Shown here: positions 53,423-64,000 of the stretch, piece after piece
How the letters are laid out: every line of letters begins with the position of its first letter
Position numbering within the stretch: position 1 is the stretch's first letter
NCBI GenBank assembly: GCA_022813965.1
Contig: JALDZS010000135.1
Location: forward strand, 1-64,000
Direction of reading: 5' to 3'
DNA: 64,000 nt
Origin: Toensbergia leucococca
Lineage: Eukaryota
The notes under the pieces: generated by a model
What the model saw: the letters and a program-made list of their open reading frames with translations, nothing else
The model's database searches: none
What the model was told of the DNA's origin: nothing
Position numbers and translations under genes: made by a program

Positions 53423-54557
53423 ATGGGTGGCAACAACGCGATCAACGTAAATGGCAATACCAACAATGGTGGAACTGCTGATATTGCAATCACCACTCAT
53501 GGATCCGATTGGTATTGGGTAAGCTTGGTCGCCATCAACAGCTGTATATTACTATGCTAAACGTTCTTTAATAGGCCGTCACCGCTGTCATGTTCTTGAG
53601 TACCTTGGTCTTCATGGGCCTTTCTTTCACCAAATCACGCCCACATCGTATCTTCCACTACATCACAGCTTCCATCACTCTAGTCGCCTCCATCGCTTAC
53701 TTCAGTATGGGCTCGAATCTCGGCTGGACTCCCATTGCTGTTGAGTTCATGCGTGGTAATCCTAGAGTACATGGCATGTATCGTGAGATCTTTTACGTTC
53801 GATACATTGACTGGTAAGTACACCGCTATTTCCTTCAGTTTGAACGTTCGACTAAAATTATTAGGGTCATCACAACTCCTCTATTACTCATGGATTTGCT
53901 TTTGACCGCCGGCTTGCCGTGGCCCACAATCCTCTACACTATTCTCATGGACGAGGTTATGATCATTACTGGTCTCGTTGGAGCTCTGGTCCACACTAGC
54001 TACAAAGTATTTTCATCCTGCCTGATGGCGTCAGGATTTCACTGATATCGTTTACAGTGGGGATACTTTACATTTGGCTGTGTTGCGTTCCTATTCGTCG
54101 CATGGAACGTGACCTGGGTTGCCCGCAAGCACGCCGCAGCTCTTGGCCCAGATGTGTCCCGCGCCTTCCTCATTTGTGGAGTGTGGACAATATTCTTGTG
54201 GTTCCTCTACCCTATCGCTTGGGGACTTTGCGAAGGTGGTAATGTCATCTCACCAGACTCGGAAGCTGTCTTTTACGGCATCTTGGACTTGTGTGCGAAG
54301 CCGATCTTTGGTGCTCTACTCCTCTGGGGTCATCGCAACATCGATCCTGCCAGACTTGGCCGTAAGTTTTGAATTCATTTGGAGTTGTTCCGCGCAAATC
54401 TAATCGTATTATAGTCCACATTCGCGATTATGATGAAGACCCAGCATTGACCGGTGGAATTCATCATGGAGAGAAGCATCACAATGGTATTAACAACGGT
54501 AGCAACGGCGCTGGAATTACCACGGGTGCTACCAACGGTGCTGCTGATACTGTTTAA
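53423..54557 (+). CDS. carO: Microbial (type I) rhodopsin, CarO-like, 5 exons
   Basis: ITTHGSDWYW|AV, helix C RYIDW|VITTPLLLMDL, helix F LYPIAWGL, helix G YGILDLCAKPIFG with the retinal-binding Lys; located after carB. Confidence 0.93.
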
Positions 54558-56880
54558 GTAATTGGATGCTCATCAAATTGCAGAGCTTAAGCTTAGGCGA
54601 AGCACTCTTTTATGTGATAATAAGTCCTCTTTTCAGCGATGATAACCACTCCTTTTGAGCAATGATAGCCACGACAGCTTGCTAGCGGTACTATTTATGC
54701 CCTCCTAATAACACCTTGTATTTTGCTTATTAGTTCACTGAAGTCTGGATAGAGTTTGGCTCATGCCTACTATACCTTTGACAGGCTAATGTTGTTACAT
54801 TCAATACAAAAATACTCCGATTTGATAGATCGTTGTTTTTGTTTTGCTTGTCCTTCATGATCTACACTCTACGCTTTACCATTTTGAATAGGAAACGGAA
54901 TGAGAAGTGTTTTTCTACCGGGTACTACCAAAATTTGTATGCGCCAATTGACAAGTCATTACATGAGCAAGATATTTTGAGTCCTGATACAAAAAGCGTG
55001 GATCTTAGATAATCATGAGGCTGTGAACGTTTCATACGCAATGCAAAAAACTCACTTGCTCAGAACTTGCACTCTCAGTTCTTCTTCTCTTGATTGAGCT
55101 ATTCTGTATCTTTCACCTGGTTTCAGTCAATCAATCATTCCCTCTTGATTCGATGACTTCTGGGCCATAACATAACAAGCGGTAGGATCTGCTAGGAACT
55201 AGGGTACTTCTTCTACATATCTTTTCTGATAAATTCGGACAGTTTTCTGAGTTTGATTTAGGACTTCCTTTGACAGCGTTGATACTTTGAAAGATCTTGA
55301 TTGATCTTGAAGAGCTTTGCTGAAATGAGGGTAGTTGAGACTTTTGTATGTGATCTTGTAGTACTTTTGGAGAAGGCGGCTCGGAAATGTTCGGATGGAG
55401 AAGCACACGTACCCTCTCTTTCTGAATGGTTAGAATCCTGGGTTTTTCTGTCGGCTGCCTTTTAGCCACTTTGAGATGACACCTCACAGCTTTGTAGATT
55501 CATTCAAGAAATGGCTCCTTTGTCTCAAGACTCATTTTTGGCTGTCAGTGTCAAGTGCTTCAAATATTCATGCATGAAACCTCACAACGAGGACTAAAAA
55601 CACAGTAAACACTGATTTATCTTCAGCTGTTTACAGCGTATTGAATTCTTTTCCTGCACCCAGCCGTCCTCATGTCAAAGTCGTTTGTCCGAGTACATTC
55701 TTCTTATCATCACTCATCAAGTTGTGACCCATGAGGTGGAAACCCGCGAGGAGATTTCCTCCGGGGGGGGGGCTCATCAGACATTCCAATCTCATGGATT
55801 CGGCAACGCAGGGACTTTCTGGTCTTTTCTTGCAGAGTTGCGCGTGTACCTGCCACTTTGAAGGAAGCTCGGACGGTTATTTGATGTTGCTGTCCCCCCA
55901 TTTTGATGCCACTTGTCATTAAACGGAGGTAACGTATTGGTTGATAAGTAGATCACGCAAGTATTAAATGTTTGATACTTGGCACTACCGTTCAGACCAA
56001 GGTCAGCGTTTGGACGCCTAACTTCAATGAAGTGAAGATGCAAATCATATTTCTTGCCTATGACAGCGGTGACTCGATTGTAGAGGCTTGCCCTCATTCT
56101 CTCATTGAATGTATACCCTTTTTTTTACCATTCCTGCCTTTACCGCTCACTCATAATTCCATTCCTACTGTAATGTTTATGCTTGTTGCTCCCCCCATCT
56201 TCAAACTCCGTTTCAGCCACAATTTATCCATTGAAACTGCATACTCTCTCGAGTTGCAGCATGGTATAGGATAATACCGCCTTGCTCTCGATACACAGAA
56301 TCTAAAGCTCCACAGGTCTTATATGAGCCTTCAACAACTTTGAGAAAGCGTGATTCTTCCTTTGTAGCAATATTCTGGAGAGCTGTAGAGCATGAAAAGC
56401 TATTTACCTTGGAGCGTGACCGGATTGTAGAGGGTTGGGCGCGTTTCATTGCCGGGGGCTCCGGGGGCTCGAGTGGTCAGGCCTTTGGAGATCAGGGTGG
56501 TCATTGTTTCGGAGGTCGAGGTTCCGCGAGCGAAAGTCCTGAGGGCAGTGGTCGATTTCCCGAGAGCAGAGGTCCTGGGGGCTGGAGTTTCAGGGACTAC
56601 AGTGACAGTCGTTCTGAGGGTCTCGGTGACAGGCGTTGCACTCAAAGAGACGTGACTGAGTCTCCTCCCTAGCTGCTTAAAGTATCTGGGCTTTGATCTT
56701 TCCTGTTTTTTGCATTTGGCTAGCATTTTTGCCTCTTGCTTTCTTTCCTTGAGTAGTCAACAAGTTTTTGGGAAGGTTGGAGGGTGGCATGGGCTTAGAG
56801 ACGCCGAAAATATTCTCATGAGTATTCATCATGTTTTCAGGGCACTGACGCAGTTGGCGTAGCTGGAAGATTGTTTTTGA

Positions 56881-56888
56881 TATATAAA
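56881..56888 (+). promoter_or_regulatory. TATA box of the 5S rRNA gene (about -30)
   Basis: TATATAAA begins 30 nt upstream of the 5S start, matching the upstream TATA element known for Neurospora 5S genes. Confidence 0.7.
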
Positions 56889-56910
56889 CACAAACTCGAG
56901 CTTCATTTCC

Positions 56911-57029
56911 ACATACGACCACAGACTGAGGGATATTGGGCATCCCGTCCGCTCTGCCATACACAAGACTCAGATCGGCTGATTAGTAGTTGGGTCGGTG
57001 ACGACCAGCGAATCCCAGCTGTTGTATAT
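56911..57029 (+). rRNA. Dispersed 5S rRNA gene
   Basis: Starts ACATACGACC and contains GGGCATCCCGTCCGCTCTGCC and TTAGTAGTTGGGTCGGTGACGACCAGCGAATCCC; ends CTGTTGTATAT; about 119 nt. Helices pair (GACTGAG/CTCAGATC, CGGCTG/CAGCTG, GGTCG/CGACC). Confidence 0.95.
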
Positions 57030-57033
57030 TTTT
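57029..57033 (+). terminator. RNA polymerase III oligo(T) terminator
   Basis: TTTTT directly at the 5S 3' end. Confidence 0.7.
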
Positions 57034-60000
57034 GATTTTCTTCTCTTTGATCGAAGCTATGGAATGGTATGTCGTAATCGTAGCCAGAAATCAGAAAAGA
57101 AAGCACTTACATGATGCCTTGGAGTTTTCGGTTAGAATAGAAAATTTGTCAGGGATAAATAGTCTTTAGCGATCAAGTCTAATAACCAAAAATTCGCTGT
57201 GAAAACGGTTGTGGCAGGGTCTTCGACGTCCATGCTGCCGTCATTAACATTGTAGTTGAAGATGAATCTGCACTTCCAACATCTCGACAGCGGCCTCAGC
57301 ATCTTCTCACCACAAGCAAAGAAAACATGCCCAGTTTCTGCACTGTGGTCGTATGTGTATCCTCTTTGTCCTATGGGTTGATCGAGGTTGCCGCCGATGT
57401 CTCTGAGCCTTGAGAAGACGGCACGGGTCACATAGTTCCACTCGCTGCGCTGGACCTGGGATCGGGACGTTCGATTCGTAAGATGGCGGGTGTAGGGTTT
57501 TCTCGAAAGGTGATCAAGTCTCTGGCGTACGTGGTGGAATCTCCTTGGATTTCCCTTGGTTCTTGGTCAACAGGGCCGGCCAAGCTCACTATTTCATGCC
57601 AGTCGAGGTCAGGACGTGGCCAGACTATGAACAAGTCGTGGGTTTCCCATGCTCATTGTACGAGCTTCCATTCCCACTCTTTCCTCAGCCGTACGTAGGA
57701 TTCGCATTGTTGTCGATAGTTGGTATGGCTCTGGATTTTCCAGTCACGATGGTTTTTCGCCATTTCATCCGCAATTTCCTGGCGATCTTCCTTAGTCGCG
57801 TAGTCGGCGTTAAATAGGACGTGCTTCTCATTGATGAGGGAGCCAAACGTGTATTTAACCTGGTATTTAGTGTTCGGAACATCCATAGTAACTTCGTTGG
57901 CATAATCAATGGTTTCTTTGGATGTTCCGTCCGAAATAATTAAATAAACAGGCTTTCCGGACGTTATTTTACTAGTATTGGTCTTTGACCACTCCTTAGT
58001 CCTGTCCTGGACGAATCCGTGGCTATTCCTATGAGGCGTTTCGTAAGGTTGGTGTTCGTACCCGGCTTGGTAGGCAATTGAGGAGGTTCGGCGCCGATAT
58101 AGCCTCCTTTCGGTCCAGAATTTTTGATGGCAAACCGAACAGCAGGGTATAGATACTTTATGGAATATCCTACTTCGTAAATTTCTCTCTAGTACTCCTC
58201 ATTTAATAGTTCATAGTCGTGCGGCTGCGCGTCAGCGATTAGTTGCTTCTTTGCTTCCTCTAAAAAGGCCTGAAGGGCCTTCCAGTATGGGGCTGATGTG
58301 CCGACGATGAGACTCTGACCAAGCCGAACGAAAGCAACCGTAGGAAGACCAGTGTTCCAGGCTTCGCTCGTGGCCCTAAATTACCACAATTGGCTGATCT
58401 GGAGTGTTGATATCATGTTGACTAGTTCGTCTGCAGCCATGTCAGCAAATTGACTCTCGAGATTTTATAGGGCCACATACTGAGATTGGCCGGCGTCGGA
58501 TTAGCCGTTATGAATTTTGCCTGCAGAATGAGTTCCACGATATGACAGTTACTTCAGGCTCTTCAGCCCCCCACTAGGCTTCATTGCTCTCACTGACGCT
58601 TTGCGCGCTGATGTGAAGTGAGCTTCAGGGAAGGGCTTGAGAGAGCCCTTGGGGTGAGAGACCGGGTGGTGAGCACCCCGCACAAAGCCGATGATTTGAA
58701 CTTCATCATCATCTGAGGGCCGTCCACCCAGGAATCTGAGATCGTCATGTTTCTTGATATGTTGACTGAGTGCCGCATGCAAGTCAGTAGCACTCTTTTT
58801 GGCACGCGCGCGACGGCGTTGCTCTCTTGAGGGCTCATCAGAGAGCTCAGATGAGGCACTAGACATTCCTCGACCGCTCCTCATGGCCCAAGTTGGAGAA
58901 AGATTCCGGAGGGTCCGCAATTACGGACCTTTTCTGGCGACGGCGTAGGTCCTTTGCTGACACGGCTCAATACGGCCTAAGAGCGTTCACATGGACGATA
59001 CCACAATAGTCTTCATAGATAGGTATGAGCTTTGGCACTTACATTGTTGCGTTGTTTTTGAAGTTCTCAAAATGCCACCCGCTCTGTATCAGAGGGTTGA
59101 TTTCATAACCTTTTTCAATCTTGATCCTCTTTGTCTTCTTTGTCAGTACTTCTGGCATGTCGTTTCTTCTGCTATCATAAATTGATTGATCTGTGCGCTC
59201 AATATCTATGATTTCTTTCGAGGAGTGATCATTCATGAAGGGACGTTGGCTGCGCAGGATTGAACAATGGATTTCAACATGTCTTCAGTCGTTGCGGCTT
59301 GAATATCACATGCATGTGTTGTTTCATTGCTCGAAATTTTTATCGCGCCTTGATTTAGTCTCATATGCGTTGGTGGACAGGCTGTGAGAAGCGGATAAAT
59401 GGATGATTGTACTCAAGGTAGAATATATGAGATTGTAGCTGAGGGGGCCGTATCATGTAACCGTTATCATAGACCTTGACTCTGAAGCCGATAGAGTACT
59501 CAATGGTCTCAGTACCGTTGACACCGATTCTTGACTCAATGTTGGTTCCGTAATCGTAGTGATCAGCTGATCGGCGAATCATATAAGAGCATCGAACTTT
59601 AGTTCGCCACTCCCGTCGGTAAGGGGCTCGCTATGGGATTTCCAGCTTCTCGTTCATTGATAGGCCCAGCTAAGCCTTCTGTTTACGTCTTATTGCCTCG
59701 GTTTCGTTTGTGTTGAAGCTCTTGGTGAAGTACAGAGGCAGGGCAACACGATGGACAATTAGCCACGGCGATGATGTCGACTTTGGTATTGGAGGTGTTT
59801 CGTTCCGTTGAGTGCTGCGTTCGTTTTGTCTAAATCGACCGGGTTACACCCAGAATCTAGGATCTGGGATGACTCGCAAGTCCCCTTAGGCTTCGGAATG
59901 CTTTCTTCTTCCGCTTCTCGTTGTTGGGTATACCGGTCTTTCCTCTTCTTGTGTGAATCTTAGATATTCTTCTCGCAATCGAAATGGTTGGAGGTGGTTC

Positions 60001-62147
60001 CCATGGTAGGTATTCAGCTTTTATGTCTAGAGGAGGGAGGATGCTCCCTCAATAAGTTTCTGCACTGATATTTGACCCTGTCCTATGCTTGCTTTCACAT
60101 TCAGATAACAAAGTTGAAGGCAGTATAAGACTTTAAAAGTAAAGGAAAGCTGGGAGGAGTAATTTAAGCACGATCCATGATAAGCTCCCTTCGAGATGAG
60201 ACTCGTTTTCCAGTCTTCTATCTCAGTACCGCAGTATCAAGGATTATGATGGTACAAGACTTTTCTTTTTCTATGCATAACCTCATGTACCTTGTATCGT
60301 CATATAACAGCATGTATAACAACCACAAGACTCTTTTGGCTGATTTTATTGGCTTGCTGCTATTTTTGACCTCCTTGCAACTGACCAACCTCTTTACAGC
60401 TTTCATGACGAAAGCCTTTGGGAACATTCACAAATCTTCATTCATGCTTTGCTCAATAATTGGACGACTCTCAGCTCGAAATTCTAATACATTTCTTAGT
60501 TACTTCTTGATTTTTTGTATGGCTGATACGTTTCATAAATTCCCGCACTTTGTTGTTGCATAGGTATATGTCTGACCGCTGCCTGGTTGGGGGAGGTCCG
60601 CAAATGAAAAAAGCCATCTAGGATTTGAGTAAGTTTCCCGTCATATGGAAACTGTGTTTGTTTACTTCTTCCGTGGTATAGTTGGTCATTTTGGATGAAA
60701 GAATGTCAATGAAACATATCCGGATCTTCGTTTACCTTTGACGCCTCCAAGGTTCATCTGCGCCCTTTTTTGACCGCCACTAATGATATCAGCAGACCTG
60801 ATGTGGACCTTGCCGTGGTTTGGCGCCGAAGCTAATCTTTTGATGAAAAATTGGCCAAGCGCAGAACTCCGCTCAATGTCTAGGAGCCTTTTTATGTAGC
60901 TCCCACACTTCAAAATAATGGATAGAGTTGGAATTGTCCATGAATAATGCTTCAAGAGAGATCCGAATAGAATCGCTCCCCTTTTCCTGATTAGGTGTAG
61001 CTAAAGGGCATGTTTGACTGTCTGAGTATTGTTGCGACTTTGCCCCGATATGATCCAGGATGAGTGCTCTCGTTATAAATGCTATGGTATTACCTAGTCC
61101 CAGGACCTAGTCGTATTCGCTGAGGCCAAAACTGTCGGGGTAGTAGAAGACGTCTACCATCATCGGTATTCAAGCATTGATTAGGGAATGTGTTGTGGAG
61201 AAGAAAAATTGAAATGGTAACCGTGAACTTGTGCTCTCACGGTCAGAGCAAGGTTTTCAACCTATATCTCAGCGATATTAGAGTTTTGCCATCCACTTCT
61301 TTTTAAGTATATTTAATCTTGTTCCTCACTACCTGATAAAACTCTAATGATCATTTGATTTCATGGGAATTGGGCCCCTTGCTGTTGAAATCCAAGCAGT
61401 ACCCCGAGGTACAGTACTTACCGTATCAGAAATAAAATCAGACTTTACCTTCTTATAACCTTTTCATGATCATCTCCTTTCGATCTCAGCAAGTCGATTG
61501 TGAAGAGATTATATTGAGTAAAAACTAAGAGGGGCGTCAATATGAAGCAGTAATTGTATGGTGCTATACAAACAGACTCTTGAGCCGAGATACGAAATGC
61601 AAGGTACTAATCTAAGTAGCATTGAAGTGTGCAAGAAAGAAGAATTGCAGTGATTTGAACGGTGAATGATGAAGATATTCTTTTACGTGTAGCTTCACTC
61701 GAGTGTCTAGAGGTCTTGTAACCATTTTTCTCATCAGGATTCCTGCATGTAAATCTAAGAAACTACCAGTCAACTCTGTCCATCTGATACAGGGTGAAAA
61801 AAAGACCATGAAACTTCTATGAATATTAAATTTGAATAAATGAATTATGTATTGCTTGCACCTGTACGGTCAACAGACATAAAAGTGCTAAGTATCAGAC
61901 CGTTCTGATAAAGGTACTTTGTCATTATTAGAGATCTGAAAATTGAAAAACTTGGAAGTACAGCTTACTTGAAATTCAAACGTTTAGTACTGAGAGCCGA
62001 TCAGGGTAAAGCATTAATGAATGTGAAGAAGCTTTATTTCATCTTTCTGTTCACTTTTAGGTTTTGCAAAATATTTTTTCAGGCTAAGGCAAGGACTTAC
62101 CATTTAGTTGAGACAAAACACTGTTCTTGCTCCTCGTAGACAAGGTA

Positions 62148-64000
62148 TTAATGGATGCAAAAATCCTCCAACTTATCATGATTCTCTTTAATCATAGCTT
62201 CGCCGTTCATGATACCATGCACATAAACCTCACCAATCAACTCATAGCCACCTTCCTTGTGCTCTCGAAGTACGACAGGTACACGACAGCCAAGGAGAAG
62301 ACAAATTCTGTCTCCTTTTCTTGCCTCGTGAGGCGCCATTCCCATATGGCCATTGTGTGTGAAGAGAAATCTCTTGAAGAGTGTGGCCAGTTGGATGTCC
62401 TCCAGGAATTTGAGCTCTTGCGAGGTAAGTTCGCTCATATCTCTCTCTAGCCGCGCCGGATCTGCCGTCGACGCTTTGAACCAGTCTCTTATAGTTCGAC
62501 CGTGGATTTCAAATGATTTATTTTTAGAGTATTACAAACCAAGAGTAACAGTGAACTCTTCCTCTAATCTAGCACTATCAGAGGTACTTGCCATGACATA
62601 CAATGAATTGAGAAAACCAGAGGCACCGGACAGGTATTCCCTGCTACCTAAGACAAGACTCTTCCACAGTGCTTCGAATATCCCTGCTTCCGATCTATAC
62701 GGAGATCTGTCCTGGTCTGGCTGAACTAACCCGTATTCGGTGTGCTCGCTGACGTTGGTGGGCCATTTGAAGCTGAGCTCCACAGCGCTAAGCCCGTTGA
62801 TCACGTCGAACACGAAGCCTTGCGCTTCCAGGACTAATCCGTCGTTCAGGAAATTCCCAATATGTTGAGTCCTAATGTACTCAGTACCCACAGAGCTGCC
62901 AGTGGCATTAAAGAGGTCATCGCCGGCTTTATTCCATATCATAGTTGAAGGTAGCTCTTTAGTCCAGTCCGGGACCCATGATGGTAAATTGGAGCAAAGA
63001 TAAGTTCTGCCATAGCATATAATGTCCAAGTCTTGGCTAGCCCTTATGATTGCTGTTGTTGTCATCCTGCATACTTCCTCAGCAGAAAGCTTATAGTCCG
63101 GTGCAGGTACTAGATTATGGGCATCCTTGGTTATAGCTAATATACCATATATCTTATCACTTGGAATCGTTGCAAGTGAGTTGTTAGATCTAGTTAGGAC
63201 ATTTAAAAGGCTTCTATATTGATGTCGGCCTTCCGCTTCTTGGGTAAGTCCTCGCAATATATTTATTGTAATGATTGGCCCCATGCCAGCAATGTTCCGA
63301 AAATTATTAATAACCACGGATATTCGGCTTCTTCCACCTGCGGTTGGTATCATAATGGTCGCCTTGGCTATGTTTTCCCAGGTTTCTTGCTGTGAACCGC
63401 AGCGTATCAGAACGTTTGGAGCGAATGCGATCTCTTGAATAATCCAGATTCGCCTCCAGTAGGGTCTATCGTATAGTAATTGCAGGGCAGCCCAATGATC
63501 TCCAAATTTACCGTGAACTGATGGCTGATACAGCGGTCTCATGGCCTCCTCGATATCTGACAAATCTACATCACCACCATCAACGTCAGCCCTTGATAGG
63601 ATATGGATCAAGTCTAGGGCAAGACGACTGTTATCAGCTTCACTTCCAAGCCACGCAATAGTCTCGGAAGCAGTTGCATATATAGCACCCATGCGTAGTA
63701 CCTGCCGCCCTCGCTCCTCAAAATCAGCTTGATTAATACAAAGGGCATCCACCCATAGACAAACAGGTCCTTGGCATCGTAGTTCACGCAGTGCAGCTTC
63801 GAGGTTCTCTGTAAACTGCACATCATGGCCGTTAACCTGGATGATACGCTTGATGTGAGGGTTGCCCCAGCAGTACGATAAAGCCTTGTAAGGTGGTGGC
63901 TCATCGAGGGAGACATGCTCAAGCTCGCAACTGATTGACTTCGATCTGTCGTCGGCTCCGGATATCGTTATCAGGCGGATTTCATTGCGAAGCATATCAA
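62148..64000 (-). CDS. Heterokaryon incompatibility (HET, HET-6-like) domain gene; probably 5'-partial; one in-frame TAA
   Basis: EIRLITI, YKALSYCWG, LWVDALCINQ, YWRRIWIIQE, DKIYGILAI, LPSWVPDW and C-terminal GDRICLLLGCRVPVVLR...YELIGEVYVHGIMNGE. ORFs 62532-63995 and 62148-62438 are in frame, separated only by TAA at 62532-62534 and an open linker. Confidence 0.88.

Larger units (their letters stand above)
56400..60005 (-). pseudogene. Long decayed protein-coding locus with Zn-finger-like motifs; limits approximate
   Basis: Protein-like segments broken by TAA 58381-58383, TAG 58189-58191, TGA 57653-57655 and frameshifts. C2H2-like CSVCHQKFWTERRLYRR at 58091-58141, CWKC at 57270-57281, and a GTAAGT donor at 57110. 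Confidence 0.5.

Noticed and set aside
60177..61200. Short ORFs that might be a decayed gene
   Set aside because: No recognisable motif or consistent frame; support is insufficient for a call.
62488..62539. Intron removing the HET TAA (GTTTGT...AAG)
   Set aside because: The candidate is 52 nt, would shift the frame, and would delete a conserved-looking motif.

Overview
Genomic DNA from a filamentous ascomycete (Pezizomycotina). The inference rests on short GT-AG introns of about 50-60 nt, fungal NACHT/HET gene families and an ascomycete-type dispersed 5S gene. Intact genes: a cytochrome P450, a GPI-type GH18 chitinase, a Ded1/DDX3-family DEAD-box helicase with a WG-repeat tail, several hypothetical genes, and a complete four-gene carotenoid/retinal/rhodopsin cluster (carX-carRA-carB-carO order) whose opsin keeps proton-pump residues. 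Interspersed are many damaged genes: a NACHT-ankyrin NLR, an MFS transporter, a HET-domain gene, a Clr4/DIM-5-like SET fragment and other relics. Two signals stand out. (1) A 5S rRNA gene with its TATA box lies antisense inside a decayed protein gene, between 8-bp direct repeats that look like a target-site duplication. (2) Several genes carry in-frame stops at conserved or plausible Trp positions; in two of them the stop is the only visible lesion, so they are candidates for A-to-I stop-codon repair or recent G-to-A inactivation. All family assignments come from motifs read by eye; no database searches were run and some exon boundaries are approximate.
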